A stretch of DNA of 64,000 nucleotides from an uncultured virus (IMG/VR IMGVR_UViG_2718218494_000001) (Duplodnaviria > Heunggongvirae > Uroviricota > Caudoviricetes), in IMG/VR virus record IMGVR_UViG_2718218494_000001; one strand, written 5' to 3'. The notes under the pieces are model-generated. The model searched no databases. It saw only the letters and a list, made by a program, of their open reading frames with translations, and was not told the DNA's origin. Position numbers and translations under genes: made by a program. This document shows positions 20,554-28,662 of the stretch, in pieces (position 1 is the stretch's first letter; every line of letters starts with the position of its first letter).

Positions 20554-21875
20554 TTGACATCCTCCCCGCCCTGAAGGGCGAGGATTCCTACAGCGTTCAG
20601 ACCGGAGCCTGACTCGCCTCGGTGGGTTCCTGCTTCAGCGGGCGGCCCGACTGTATCATCCCTCCACAGGCAAGCACGGCATGTCCTGCCGCTAAAATGT
20701 TACGTGCTCCGTTGATATCGGCGTTCTCGGTATAGCCGCATACCTGACACACGAATTTACTTTGCGTTTGACGGTTTTCTTTCGCCGTATGACCACAGCA
20801 GGCACAACGCTGGCTTGTGTATGCCGGAGGTATCGCCAGTACCTGACCACCACGCCAGAGCTGCTTGTACTCAAGCTGTCTGCGCATTTCGTACCAGCCC
20901 TGATCCAGTATCGAACGGTTTAAGCCTGATTTGGCTCTGATGTTTCGTCCGGGCCGCTCTGCCGTACCTTTTGCCGATTTCGACATGTTACTGACCTTCA
21001 AGTCCTCAATGACGATCATCGCGTGGTTTTTGCTGATTTCACTGGTGACTTTGTGAAGGTAGTCGCGCCGGATATTGGCAATGTGTGAGTGCAGACGCTG
21101 GATTTTTTTCTTCTGTTTCTGCCAACTGGCACTGAATTTAACTTTGCGGCTTAACTGCCGTTGAAGCATAGCCAGCTTACGCTGGCTTGCTTTGAAGCTG
21201 TTGACTGGCTGGTATACGGTGCCATCAGAAAGCGTGGCAAGTTTCGTGACTCCGGCGTCCAAACCGACCATTGACGCTGCCTTATGAACCTGTTCAGGCA
21301 CTTCGTATTCCGTCTGGATGCTAACGTACCATTTGCCGCATGACTGGATGACCGTGACGTTTTTAACTTCGCCGATGACTTCACGGCTATTGCGATAGCG
21401 TATCCAGCCCAACTTAGGAAGCGATATACGATTGTTGGTCTGATCGAGCTTCACGCCTTGCGGGCATCGTTTTGGCCGCGTTTCTTGAAACGAGGGAATG
21501 CTGCACGCTTCTGGAAGAAATTCTTGTAGCCGCGCTCCAGATCTTTGAGCGACTGCTGCAACGGCAGTGATGGCGTGTCTTTTAGCCACTGGGTATCAGG
21601 GTGTGATTTCCACTCAATGAGCCATGAAGCCATTTTGGTGTAGGAAACATATTTGTTCCCCGCTTCATGGTTTTCGTTTTGAAGCGCCAGCGCACGGTTA
21701 AAGACGAAGCGACAAGCCCCAGCGAAGCGCCGCATATCGCGCTCCTGCTGACCATTCGGTCTTAACTGGAATTTGAAGGCTTGAAGTCGTTTCATGAGGC
21801 TATTTTAACCGAAGTTAGTCGGAAAACCGCGCCTTATATCCCCGCCCTGAAGGTCGGGGTTTTACGGCGCACTGG
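20554..21875 (-). mobile_element. tnpB-only IS200/IS605-family element (IS1341 group), 1322 bp
   Basis: Subterminal hairpins CCCCGCCCTGAAGG at both ends; on the minus strand TTAT precedes the left end and the right end is TCAA; removal restores the stbD frame. Confidence 0.87.
20597..21795 (-). pseudogene. tnpB: TnpB RNA-guided nuclease, frameshifted near 21465
   Basis: N-half MKRLQAFKFQL..KKRGQNDA and C-half PQGVKLDQ.. are in different frames; RuvC D/E/D and Zn finger are intact. Confidence 0.9.
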
Positions 21876-22023
21876 ATAACAGGGGCCTCTTGCCGTCCCC
21901 CAAAAACAAACGGTATGTTTATGCGCTGTGATGATTCCCCCGGATTCTTTTTATGGTCCAGTGGTGTCTACAAAGTCAATTAATACGATAACGTGACGGA
22001 CTTTCAATATGTTACCCACACGG

Positions 22024-22038
22024 TTATCCCCACTCAAT
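22024..22038. other. Prophage left att junction
   Basis: TTATC-CCCACTCAAT: right part of the guaA-type core TCATTCCCACTCAAT. Confidence 0.8.
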
Positions 22039-22098
22039 TATTTACAGCACTCGTAACCAATTGACTGAAAACAAGTTTATGAAACTATAAATTCTGCG

Positions 22099-22148
22099 TA
22101 CCGTTTTATATACCGTCACCGGGAAACAGTACCATGAAAAATACCATG
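22099..22148. repeat. Integrase arm-type sites (left)
   Basis: TACCGTT, TACCGTCA, TACCATGA, TACCATG; related to the TACCGTCA repeats at 61628-61677. Confidence 0.7.
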
Positions 22149-22631
22149 CTACCTGGTTAGTTTATCGTACTGTCTTTCGCAGACCCTTCCGGCTTCAGCT
22201 GCCCGGTCAGCGTATTCTGCCAGTTGCCGGTTTCGTTCGAGAGATTTTTCGAGCACGTCGGCAAGCAAAACTCCGGTGTCTGCGGCTGACGACCCAGCGC
22301 CGACAGTGGCGTTATACTGCCTGAGCTGCTCACGGATGGCAACGAGCTGCTGCTGCAGCCGGCCAGCGCGAGCGGCAGCATCAAGAGCATCATTGCGCGC
22401 CTGGTCGATCCTCTGCTGCGCCTCACGTTCATTGGTTGCTTTCTCCTGTTCATCATGTTTACGGGCTTTCTCATCTTCTGCTTTGCGGTCAGCCTTCGCC
22501 TGCGCATACCCGGCGTCGTACTGTCTGTCACCGTGAATATTCCAGGCTACAACGCCGCCGGCCACCAGTGCAGCAAGCATCGACACGATAAGCAACTGTT
22601 TCCAGTATGCTTTCACGAATGCCGTGATCAT
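22149..22631 (-). CDS. Rz-like inner-membrane spanin (DUF2514)
   Basis: N-terminal TM plus coiled coil; follows the endolysin. Confidence 0.85.
   Translation of the reverse strand: MITAFVKAYWKQLLIVSMLAALVAGGVVAWNIHGDRQYDAGYAQAKADRKAEDEKARKHDEQEKATNEREAQQRIDQARNDALDAAARAGRLQQQLVAIREQLRQYNATVGAGSSAADTGVLLADVLEKSLERNRQLAEYADRAAEAGRVCERQYDKLTR
22157..22393 (-). CDS. Rz1-like outer-membrane lipoprotein spanin embedded in Rz
   Basis: MMLLMLPLALAGC lipobox in an alternate frame inside Rz. Confidence 0.7.
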   Translation of the reverse strand: MMLLMLPLALAGCSSSSLPSVSSSGSITPLSALGRQPQTPEFCLPTCSKNLSNETGNWQNTLTGQLKPEGSAKDSTIN

Positions 22632-23257
22632 GATGCCAGCACCTTCTTGGCCGAAAGATACCGTACACGGCGATCGTCGATACCATTCTGGCCGCCATTG
22701 ATGATCTGCGTGACGCGCATCAGGTCGTCGGTGTACTTCAGGCATCCATATTTAACGAAGTACCAAGCCGCGCTCCGCGCTGCATAGTCGTCCTGCGCCA
22801 GCAGCTCCGGCTGCTTAACCATATCCACCTTCAGGGCAGCCCCGCAATCGCGGTAGTTGTTCAGTCCGGTGGTCTGGATGAGACCGCGCCCGCGGTAAAA
22901 CCAGCCGTCGGTCGGCCCGTTATTCCCCATGCGTTTGCTGTACACCAGATTGGCAATGGCCCGCTGCCTCTCCAGTGGCAACGATGGTTCACCCTGCCGG
23001 CGCCCGAGGGAATTAGCCTGGCCCTGCGTCAGTCTCCCGGCACGGACGAAACCAGCCAGCCCCGCCACGCTGTAATTGAAGCTCTCAACGAGCTGGGTAA
23101 AGCCAGTGCTTTCATGCCCGGCCTGGGCAATAAACATCGCCTGATCCAACGGCTTGATAATGCCAAACTCTTTCATGGCCGCCACAATGTGCGGATGCCA
23201 GCGTGTGGCCAGCGCCAGGCTAACGCCGGCAGCTTTCTGAAACTCGTTAATGTCCAT
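22628..23257 (-). CDS. Endolysin, glycoside hydrolase family 19
   Basis: AQAGHES, YRGRGLIQ.TG, INGG.NG motifs. Confidence 0.92.
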   Translation of the reverse strand: MDINEFQKAAGVSLALATRWHPHIVAAMKEFGIIKPLDQAMFIAQAGHESTGFTQLVESFNYSVAGLAGFVRAGRLTQGQANSLGRRQGEPSLPLERQRAIANLVYSKRMGNNGPTDGWFYRGRGLIQTTGLNNYRDCGAALKVDMVKQPELLAQDDYAARSAAWYFVKYGCLKYTDDLMRVTQIINGGQNGIDDRRVRYLSAKKVLAS

Positions 23258-23552
23258 GTTGCGACCTCGATATCTTGAAGATTTGCACGACGTTGCCGCG
23301 CGTCTTCAGCACCGCGGCGAACATCACAGCATTGATAACGACCTCAGAAAGATCTGCGGTCATGGGGAAGTGGTACAGGTATGAGTACGCGGTGCGAAGC
23401 GGGATACTGGCCGCCGCCACGATGAGGAAATAGGCTATCCACCCGCCCCAGCGGCGGTGGCGCGATCCGTTGCGCTGGAAGAACATCACCCTCAGCGCTA
23501 TCCCGCCGCAGATGAGGGCATTAGCGATAAGCAGCAGATCATGGCCTGTCAT
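23247..23552 (-). CDS. Phage holin family protein
   Basis: Three TM helices; RGNV motif. Confidence 0.8.
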   Translation of the reverse strand: MTGHDLLLIANALICGGIALRVMFFQRNGSRHRRWGGWIAYFLIVAAASIPLRTAYSYLYHFPMTADLSEVVINAVMFAAVLKTRGNVVQIFKISRSQHGH

Positions 23553-23943
23553 CGTCTTTTCCTCCCGGGATTAAATCGCGCGGATTGTCAGAGCGGTGAT
23601 ACAGCCATATCCCGACCCGCACCGCGACAATTGCCGCAACGAACGCGCCGGCGGAGTAGACAATACCCCGCTCGAACGAGTCCTGTGTGATGGTGGGGAT
23701 CATGCTGGCCACGCCGATAAGGATTGATGCTGTGGGTTTGTAGAAGAGAAGACCGCAGAGAAAGCTGAGCAGCGCCAGGAGAACGCGGCGCTTGACCGGA
23801 TACTCAACAGCAGAGGTAACAAAAATTACCGCACCGGCCAGCGACCCCAGCGCCACTTCTGGAGGGACGCCGGCGATAACCGCCGCCAGCGCACCGTAGC
23901 TAAGCCCCTGATTTATTGTATCAGCGGTTAGCGATGCAGACAT
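23539..23943 (-). CDS. Putative holin/antiholin
   Basis: Hydrophobic; first gene of the lysis cassette. Confidence 0.7.
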   Translation of the reverse strand: MSASLTADTINQGLSYGALAAVIAGVPPEVALGSLAGAVIFVTSAVEYPVKRRVLLALLSFLCGLLFYKPTASILIGVASMIPTITQDSFERGIVYSAGAFVAAIVAVRVGIWLYHRSDNPRDLIPGGKDDDRP

Positions 23944-24066
23944 GATGACCACCGTTTACTATGCATGATGAACCTCCTTAGTTGGGTAAGCTCATCATAC
24001 ACAATAAACCGTTTATGGATAAATGGTAAACTTACTGTACTGATAAAATCAGTTTTATTCTATCTT

Positions 24067-24219
24067 TCACTGACTACTTTCTCTTGCTATCTCTATCTGT
24101 TCATCATGTGTTAAATGATTACCATCGCCATCATCTGTTTGGATAACCATCTCTTGTGCATCAGAAATTAACTGCGCAACAATTGGACGATTTGTAAAAA
24201 TATTTTCTAACTCATCCAT
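24067..24219 (-). CDS. 50-aa acidic protein downstream of the tailspike (not in the ORF track)
   Basis: GGAG RBS; MDELENIFTNRPIVAQLISDAQEMV...ARESSQ. Confidence 0.5.
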   Translation of the reverse strand: MDELENIFTNRPIVAQLISDAQEMVIQTDDGDGNHLTHDEQIEIARESSQ

Positions 24220-24227
24220 ATCTGCTC

Positions 24228-26594
24228 CTATAAATTTACTCTTACATATTTAGTATCCGGGTCGTAATAGAACCCACCAACTGACGTTGTTGTTATTGGC
24301 AAGTTTGCATTAACAAAACCATCAGAGTTTATTTGTTTGCGGAGAAGAGGTTTAAACCCAAGCACAGGGTTTGTCACCGCATCCGATCTGTACTCATGAG
24401 AACTCGCCTTTGCCTGGAGATGGTATACGTTACCACCCGGATCAGTATATTTATACTCGTTATCAAACGAGCGCTGGTCCGAGTATGAAAACGCTGTGTT
24501 GAATTTGTTGTACGCGACATTAAATTTGTTGTTGGCGCCCATTCCCAAAGAAAAAATATAATCAAAATCTTTTGCATTTACTTTTATGTCGCAATACTGA
24601 CCTCCATTAAACTTAACAGCCGATTGTCTCCCAGTGCCGATGGAAAACACATCAGCATGCACAACGGTAACATCTACGTTGCAGTGTTGGATATATGCAT
24701 TGTTTGCTGCGGTAGCGAAGAATACAACCCCGTCCGTTACATTAAAGCCAGAGCCTTTGGCATCGCAGGAGATTACGGGTGTTGTCGCTGAGTTTCCAAT
24801 ATACGCTACTATATATTGGGCGTTATACGCTGTTACATAGCCACTACATGCCTCGCAACCATACCCTGTAATAACGCCACCACCCTCAACGATATCCGTT
24901 GCTGAAACTTTGTAAGTGATGTTCTTGCATCTGTTCCATAGATGCAAACCGGCATGGTATGCCTTATTGGTTACCAGTGTTACGCTGCCATTGACGTTGT
25001 TACTTTCAGACTCAATACCTGCGTATGCTGAATCGTTAGCTATAACATCCATAATGAAATCGGAACACGCATCAAGTTTAAAAGTGCTTCCCAGCGCCAA
25101 ATCTGAACTTGCAGACGTTGGCTGTGGGTAAATCTGACCAGATTTTTTAGCAGTACAAAATATTTTCATGTTCTTACAGCCATTATTGGCGAAGAACGGA
25201 AAAACTGAATTACTTAATGTTACGGATGAGCCTATGTACAAACCATCAACACCACTAGCCCAAAAAGAAAGGGTGTTCGCTAATGGAGATGTGAATATTT
25301 CTCTAGAATCTATTTTAGTTGCACTTTGGTATGCGTACAATGGCCTGTTAGTTGGATCATCAGAAGTTATAAGTAACTTCCCATCCAAAGTGAACTCGTT
25401 GCCTGTAACTTTTAAGGTTGTAAATCCAGAATAGCTTGCAGATAATGGGGTCGCTCTTGATAATGTTGAATCCTCACCATGCATGGTAATGTTACTGGCA
25501 GTTATAACCCATCCGTTTGTGGCCTGACTATTTGCAGGGAAATCATTGTAATATTTTGCGTTTGCCCTTAACTCTACGTAATCACCATCACTAAGCGATG
25601 AAAGCATTTTTGCAAAAGGAACTGTATCTGGATGTGAAGAACCAAGACCACGGCACCCATACCATTCAGGCCTTACTATTCTACTTGAGTAATACTCATC
25701 CCTTACGAACACCAATCCTGAATTACCTGATGTTACAACCTTTCCTCCATCAGCGATGAAGTTTGCAGCATCCTGAACAATAAATGTTCCACCACCAACG
25801 ATGTATCCATAATCAAACTCTTTAACCTGTACTCTTGTTCCTATTATATTTGGAACTATAGTTTGAAGTGTTGATATTGTTGGCGTGCTGCCTATATAAA
25901 GCAAGCCACTACCAGAAGCCAATTGAATAAGAACATCAGATGCAGATCCTGATTCAGGCAAAACGACTATTGGATCACCCTGATCGTTAAAGGCAATTAA
26001 TTTATTTTTCCTTATTTCAACCCCTGGTAACGTTGATATCCTAGATTCTGGAATTCTTACTGTTCTCTCAAAGAGAGTATCAGAATGAGAAATTGAAGAT
26101 TCATATTTCTGGTCAGTATAATTTTTCGTGGCCGCATCCTGCGCCTGTGACGGGTCACGCAGGTTACGAATGCGGTTATTGAGCGCGTCGTAATAGTTAG
26201 CGATGAACGACGGCTTGCACAGCGCCAGTCGGAGAAAGCTGAAGCATTGCTGGATAAGCATGGTCAGCTTGTCGAACGCATCCTCATGAACTTCTGCGAA
26301 GAACTTCCCCTGGTTACGAAGGTCAGTCTCCTGGGTAACTGGCAGGTCACGTGAGATAGAAATCTGCCATCCGTTGGCCAGCGGTGACATCAGCACGACA
26401 TTCCCGCCAGAATAGGTACCCGCACCGGTAACGGAATAATCGGTATCCAGAGTCAGCACCGTAATATTTTCGTTAAGGTCAGCGACCTGGACGGTGAGAT
26501 CTGACTTCTTGAAGATGCGGAACGTGTACGGGAAAGATGTGGTAACGCCGTTCCCTGTGTAGTCGTTATGGTCGACTTCGGTTGAGACCGTCAT
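24228..26594 (-). CDS. Tailspike / receptor-binding protein, probable polysaccharide depolymerase
   Basis: T7-fibre-like N-terminus (YTGNGVTTSFPYTF, HEDAFDKLTM) then an AT-rich beta-helix-like body (RPEWYG..G.G...DT). Confidence 0.88.
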   Translation of the reverse strand: MTVSTEVDHNDYTGNGVTTSFPYTFRIFKKSDLTVQVADLNENITVLTLDTDYSVTGAGTYSGGNVVLMSPLANGWQISISRDLPVTQETDLRNQGKFFAEVHEDAFDKLTMLIQQCFSFLRLALCKPSFIANYYDALNNRIRNLRDPSQAQDAATKNYTDQKYESSISHSDTLFERTVRIPESRISTLPGVEIRKNKLIAFNDQGDPIVVLPESGSASDVLIQLASGSGLLYIGSTPTISTLQTIVPNIIGTRVQVKEFDYGYIVGGGTFIVQDAANFIADGGKVVTSGNSGLVFVRDEYYSSRIVRPEWYGCRGLGSSHPDTVPFAKMLSSLSDGDYVELRANAKYYNDFPANSQATNGWVITASNITMHGEDSTLSRATPLSASYSGFTTLKVTGNEFTLDGKLLITSDDPTNRPLYAYQSATKIDSREIFTSPLANTLSFWASGVDGLYIGSSVTLSNSVFPFFANNGCKNMKIFCTAKKSGQIYPQPTSASSDLALGSTFKLDACSDFIMDVIANDSAYAGIESESNNVNGSVTLVTNKAYHAGLHLWNRCKNITYKVSATDIVEGGGVITGYGCEACSGYVTAYNAQYIVAYIGNSATTPVISCDAKGSGFNVTDGVVFFATAANNAYIQHCNVDVTVVHADVFSIGTGRQSAVKFNGGQYCDIKVNAKDFDYIFSLGMGANNKFNVAYNKFNTAFSYSDQRSFDNEYKYTDPGGNVYHLQAKASSHEYRSDAVTNPVLGFKPLLRKQINSDGFVNANLPITTTSVGGFYYDPDTKYVRVNL

Positions 26595-26750
26595 ATGAAA
26601 TCTCCGGATGTCGCAGCGCCCGGCGCGCCACACTGGAGATCATTCTATTACCCATCAAACCATATATGAATAAAACAGATCGAAACTAGCAAAAACATTA
26701 CCATTAAGGTAAACAAAAGAGCTCTGGAAAACTTTGTTACCTTTTGATAT

Positions 26751-26766
26751 ATGTATATATATACAG
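26751..26766. promoter_or_regulatory. Defective LexA box upstream of the antirepressor
   Basis: ATGTATATATATACAG lacks the first conserved C. Confidence 0.75.
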
Positions 26767-26786
26767 TATTTATGGGAGTATTCCTA

Positions 26787-27047
26787 ATGCCAGAGCGGTA
26801 CCAGTATCCTGTCGACGAAGGTTTTGCGGATCGTATTCACACCCCGGAAGGGGTCAGATCCCTGGTTGTAAAATCACAGCTGATGGAGTTGCTCAGGGAG
26901 ATGGAGCGAGACGGCCACGATGTCAGCGGTGCGGCGGCGGAACTGGTGGCACTGGTTAACTATGTGACGAGCTCGCAGTTGTCGATGCGGGAGCTTCAAA
27001 CACACCTGGACTTCTGCGCAATGCAGATCAGGCAGCAACTCAGATAG
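26787..27047 (+). CDS. ant: Antirepressor, SPC32H Ant-like (86 aa)
   Basis: RIHTP.GVRSLV..S.LM.LLRE...AELVALVNYVTSSQ..M.ELQTHLD as recalled for SPC32H Ant; position next to tailspike; SOS-box-like site upstream. Confidence 0.8.
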   Translation: MPERYQYPVDEGFADRIHTPEGVRSLVVKSQLMELLREMERDGHDVSGAAAELVALVNYVTSSQLSMRELQTHLDFCAMQIRQQLR

Positions 27048-27235
27048 TGATTGAAATCAAAATAACGATGGGTTTATTATTACCAAAATGGTAAATTTAC
27101 AACCCATTTCCCTTGTGCCATAGTGATCGGGCATCGGCAAAATCCGGTGCCGGGATTGGCGTCCCGGATAACTAAACGGCGCACAACACGCGCACTGCGT
27201 GTTTTTTTGTGCACGCGCTCTGACGCACCTATCCA

Positions 27236-27313
27236 ATGGTGGGCTGGGCGGGGGTCCGAAAGGACGCCGGTATCCGTTTAGGCCGGTACGCCAACTCCGT
27301 TCAGTTCACCACC
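27236..27313 (+). ncRNA. C4/CI-like antisense RNA (P1 c4 / P4 CI type)
   Basis: GGTGGGCTGGGCGG/CCGTTCAGTTCACC stem, GTCC-GAAA-GGAC hairpin, CCGG hairpin; loops CCGTTTAG and CGCCAA complementary to flanking target pairs. Confidence 0.8.
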
Positions 27314-27361
27314 AGTAATTGGCGTTGCGGTGGTGATAACTCTACTAAGCGGGGTATCACA

Positions 27362-28051
27362 ATGAACACCAAACCTTCTATTTTCAATTTCGAATCCGAC
27401 TCAGCTATTCGCGCCATTATGATCGATGGAAATCCTTGGTTTTTTGCATCCGATGTTTGCCGCGCGATTGGCATCGCAAACCATCGTGATGCAGTTCGCA
27501 AACTTGATGATGATGAGAAGGGCGTCGGCTCAACCGACACCCTTGGTGGTGAGCAGGAATCAGTTATCATCTCTGAGTCTGGCCTCTACACTCTTATCCT
27601 CCGCTGCCGCGATGCGGTGACGCCGGGCACCATCCCCTACCGCTTCCGCAAGTGGGTAACCAGCGAGGTGCTGCCGCAGATCCGAAAGACTGGCCGCTAC
27701 GTTCGGGAAGAACTCTCCCAGGCTGATAAAGCCCGCATGCTGGCGCAGGAGATGACCAGCAGCATGTTGCCGGCGATCATGGATGCACTGCAGGTCGAGC
27801 AGAAGCATTACACCTTCCCTCTTAACCGACGTTATCAGGATCACATCCATTCACCTGATGGCCTGCGTGAACTGGCGAAAAGCTCAATGGTGATGAAGCT
27901 GCTCCGCGAACTCGATGCTGATGGGCATGACGTATCCGGCGCGGCGGCGGAGGTCACGGCCATGCTCAGCTACATTGTTGGTATCGGCACCGTACTGCGC
28001 GACATAGAGACGCATGCTCAGTACGTGATGGCTAAGGCCAAGGGTTACTGA
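27362..28051 (+). CDS. Bro-N domain antirepressor with a C-terminal Ant-like domain
   Basis: Bro-N (PWF.A.DVC, ISESGLY.LI, FRKWVTSEVLPQIRKTG.Y); C-terminus similar to 26787-27047. Confidence 0.85.
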   Translation: MNTKPSIFNFESDSAIRAIMIDGNPWFFASDVCRAIGIANHRDAVRKLDDDEKGVGSTDTLGGEQESVIISESGLYTLILRCRDAVTPGTIPYRFRKWVTSEVLPQIRKTGRYVREELSQADKARMLAQEMTSSMLPAIMDALQVEQKHYTFPLNRRYQDHIHSPDGLRELAKSSMVMKLLRELDADGHDVSGAAAEVTAMLSYIVGIGTVLRDIETHAQYVMAKAKGY

Positions 28052-28094
28052 AGCTGCTGGAGAAGGTAACAGTAGATAACAGATCGGTAGATGC

Positions 28095-28116
28095 AAGCCC
28101 GCAATGCGGGCTTTTT
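28095..28116 (+). terminator. Rho-independent terminator
   Basis: AAGCCCGC-AAT-GCGGGCTTTTT. Confidence 0.8.
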
Positions 28117-28136
28117 ATGCGCTTTGTTGTGACATG

Positions 28137-28520
28137 TCACGCAACGCAGTTGTTTCCTCTCCAAGAGACATTTTTGATTATTTTATCACTGCCGAATTCG
28201 ACATAAATTGTGCAGCTAAAATTAATAGAGTAACCGCCATCAGTTGTGGCGTAGGTATTTGAATATACAGTATTACCTATAACGTTTGAAGTTGTATTAT
28301 ATGTTGTAGTTTGAGGAACATTGTAAGTTCCAGAGTTTGAGTAGACGTACACTCTGTTGCCATCTGGAGATGTTAACTCCCCTGTCGGATACCCCCATTG
28401 TTGAACCATTGAGTCAATTGTTTGCCCGCGCCATGAGAGCATGTTACGCTCAAACTGAGCCGATGTTTGGCAGCCAGACAATACCATTGCGATAAAAATT
28501 ACTGCTAATCCTCTTAACAA
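28137..28520 (-). CDS. AT-rich lipoprotein (moron)
   Basis: LSGC lipobox, AAGGAG RBS, TTG start. Confidence 0.8.
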   Translation of the reverse strand: MLRGLAVIFIAMVLSGCQTSAQFERNMLSWRGQTIDSMVQQWGYPTGELTSPDGNRVYVYSNSGTYNVPQTTTYNTTSNVIGNTVYSNTYATTDGGYSINFSCTIYVEFGSDKIIKNVSWRGNNCVA

Positions 28521-28662
28521 TTTTTTCTCCTTATTAGGTAGTCATTATGAAATCTAAAATGATAACCTTCTTTTTAAGATTGACTGTTTTAGCCGTCTTT
28601 ATATTAGCTTTAAATATAGTTATTTACGGCATACCAAGAATATTTGGCATGCCATGGATAAA

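Noticed and set aside
27236..27361. N-terminal extension of the Bro-N ORF
   Set aside because: Coincides with the C4-like RNA; the Bro-N domain starts at 27362, though an in-frame upstream start as in P1/P4 cannot be excluded
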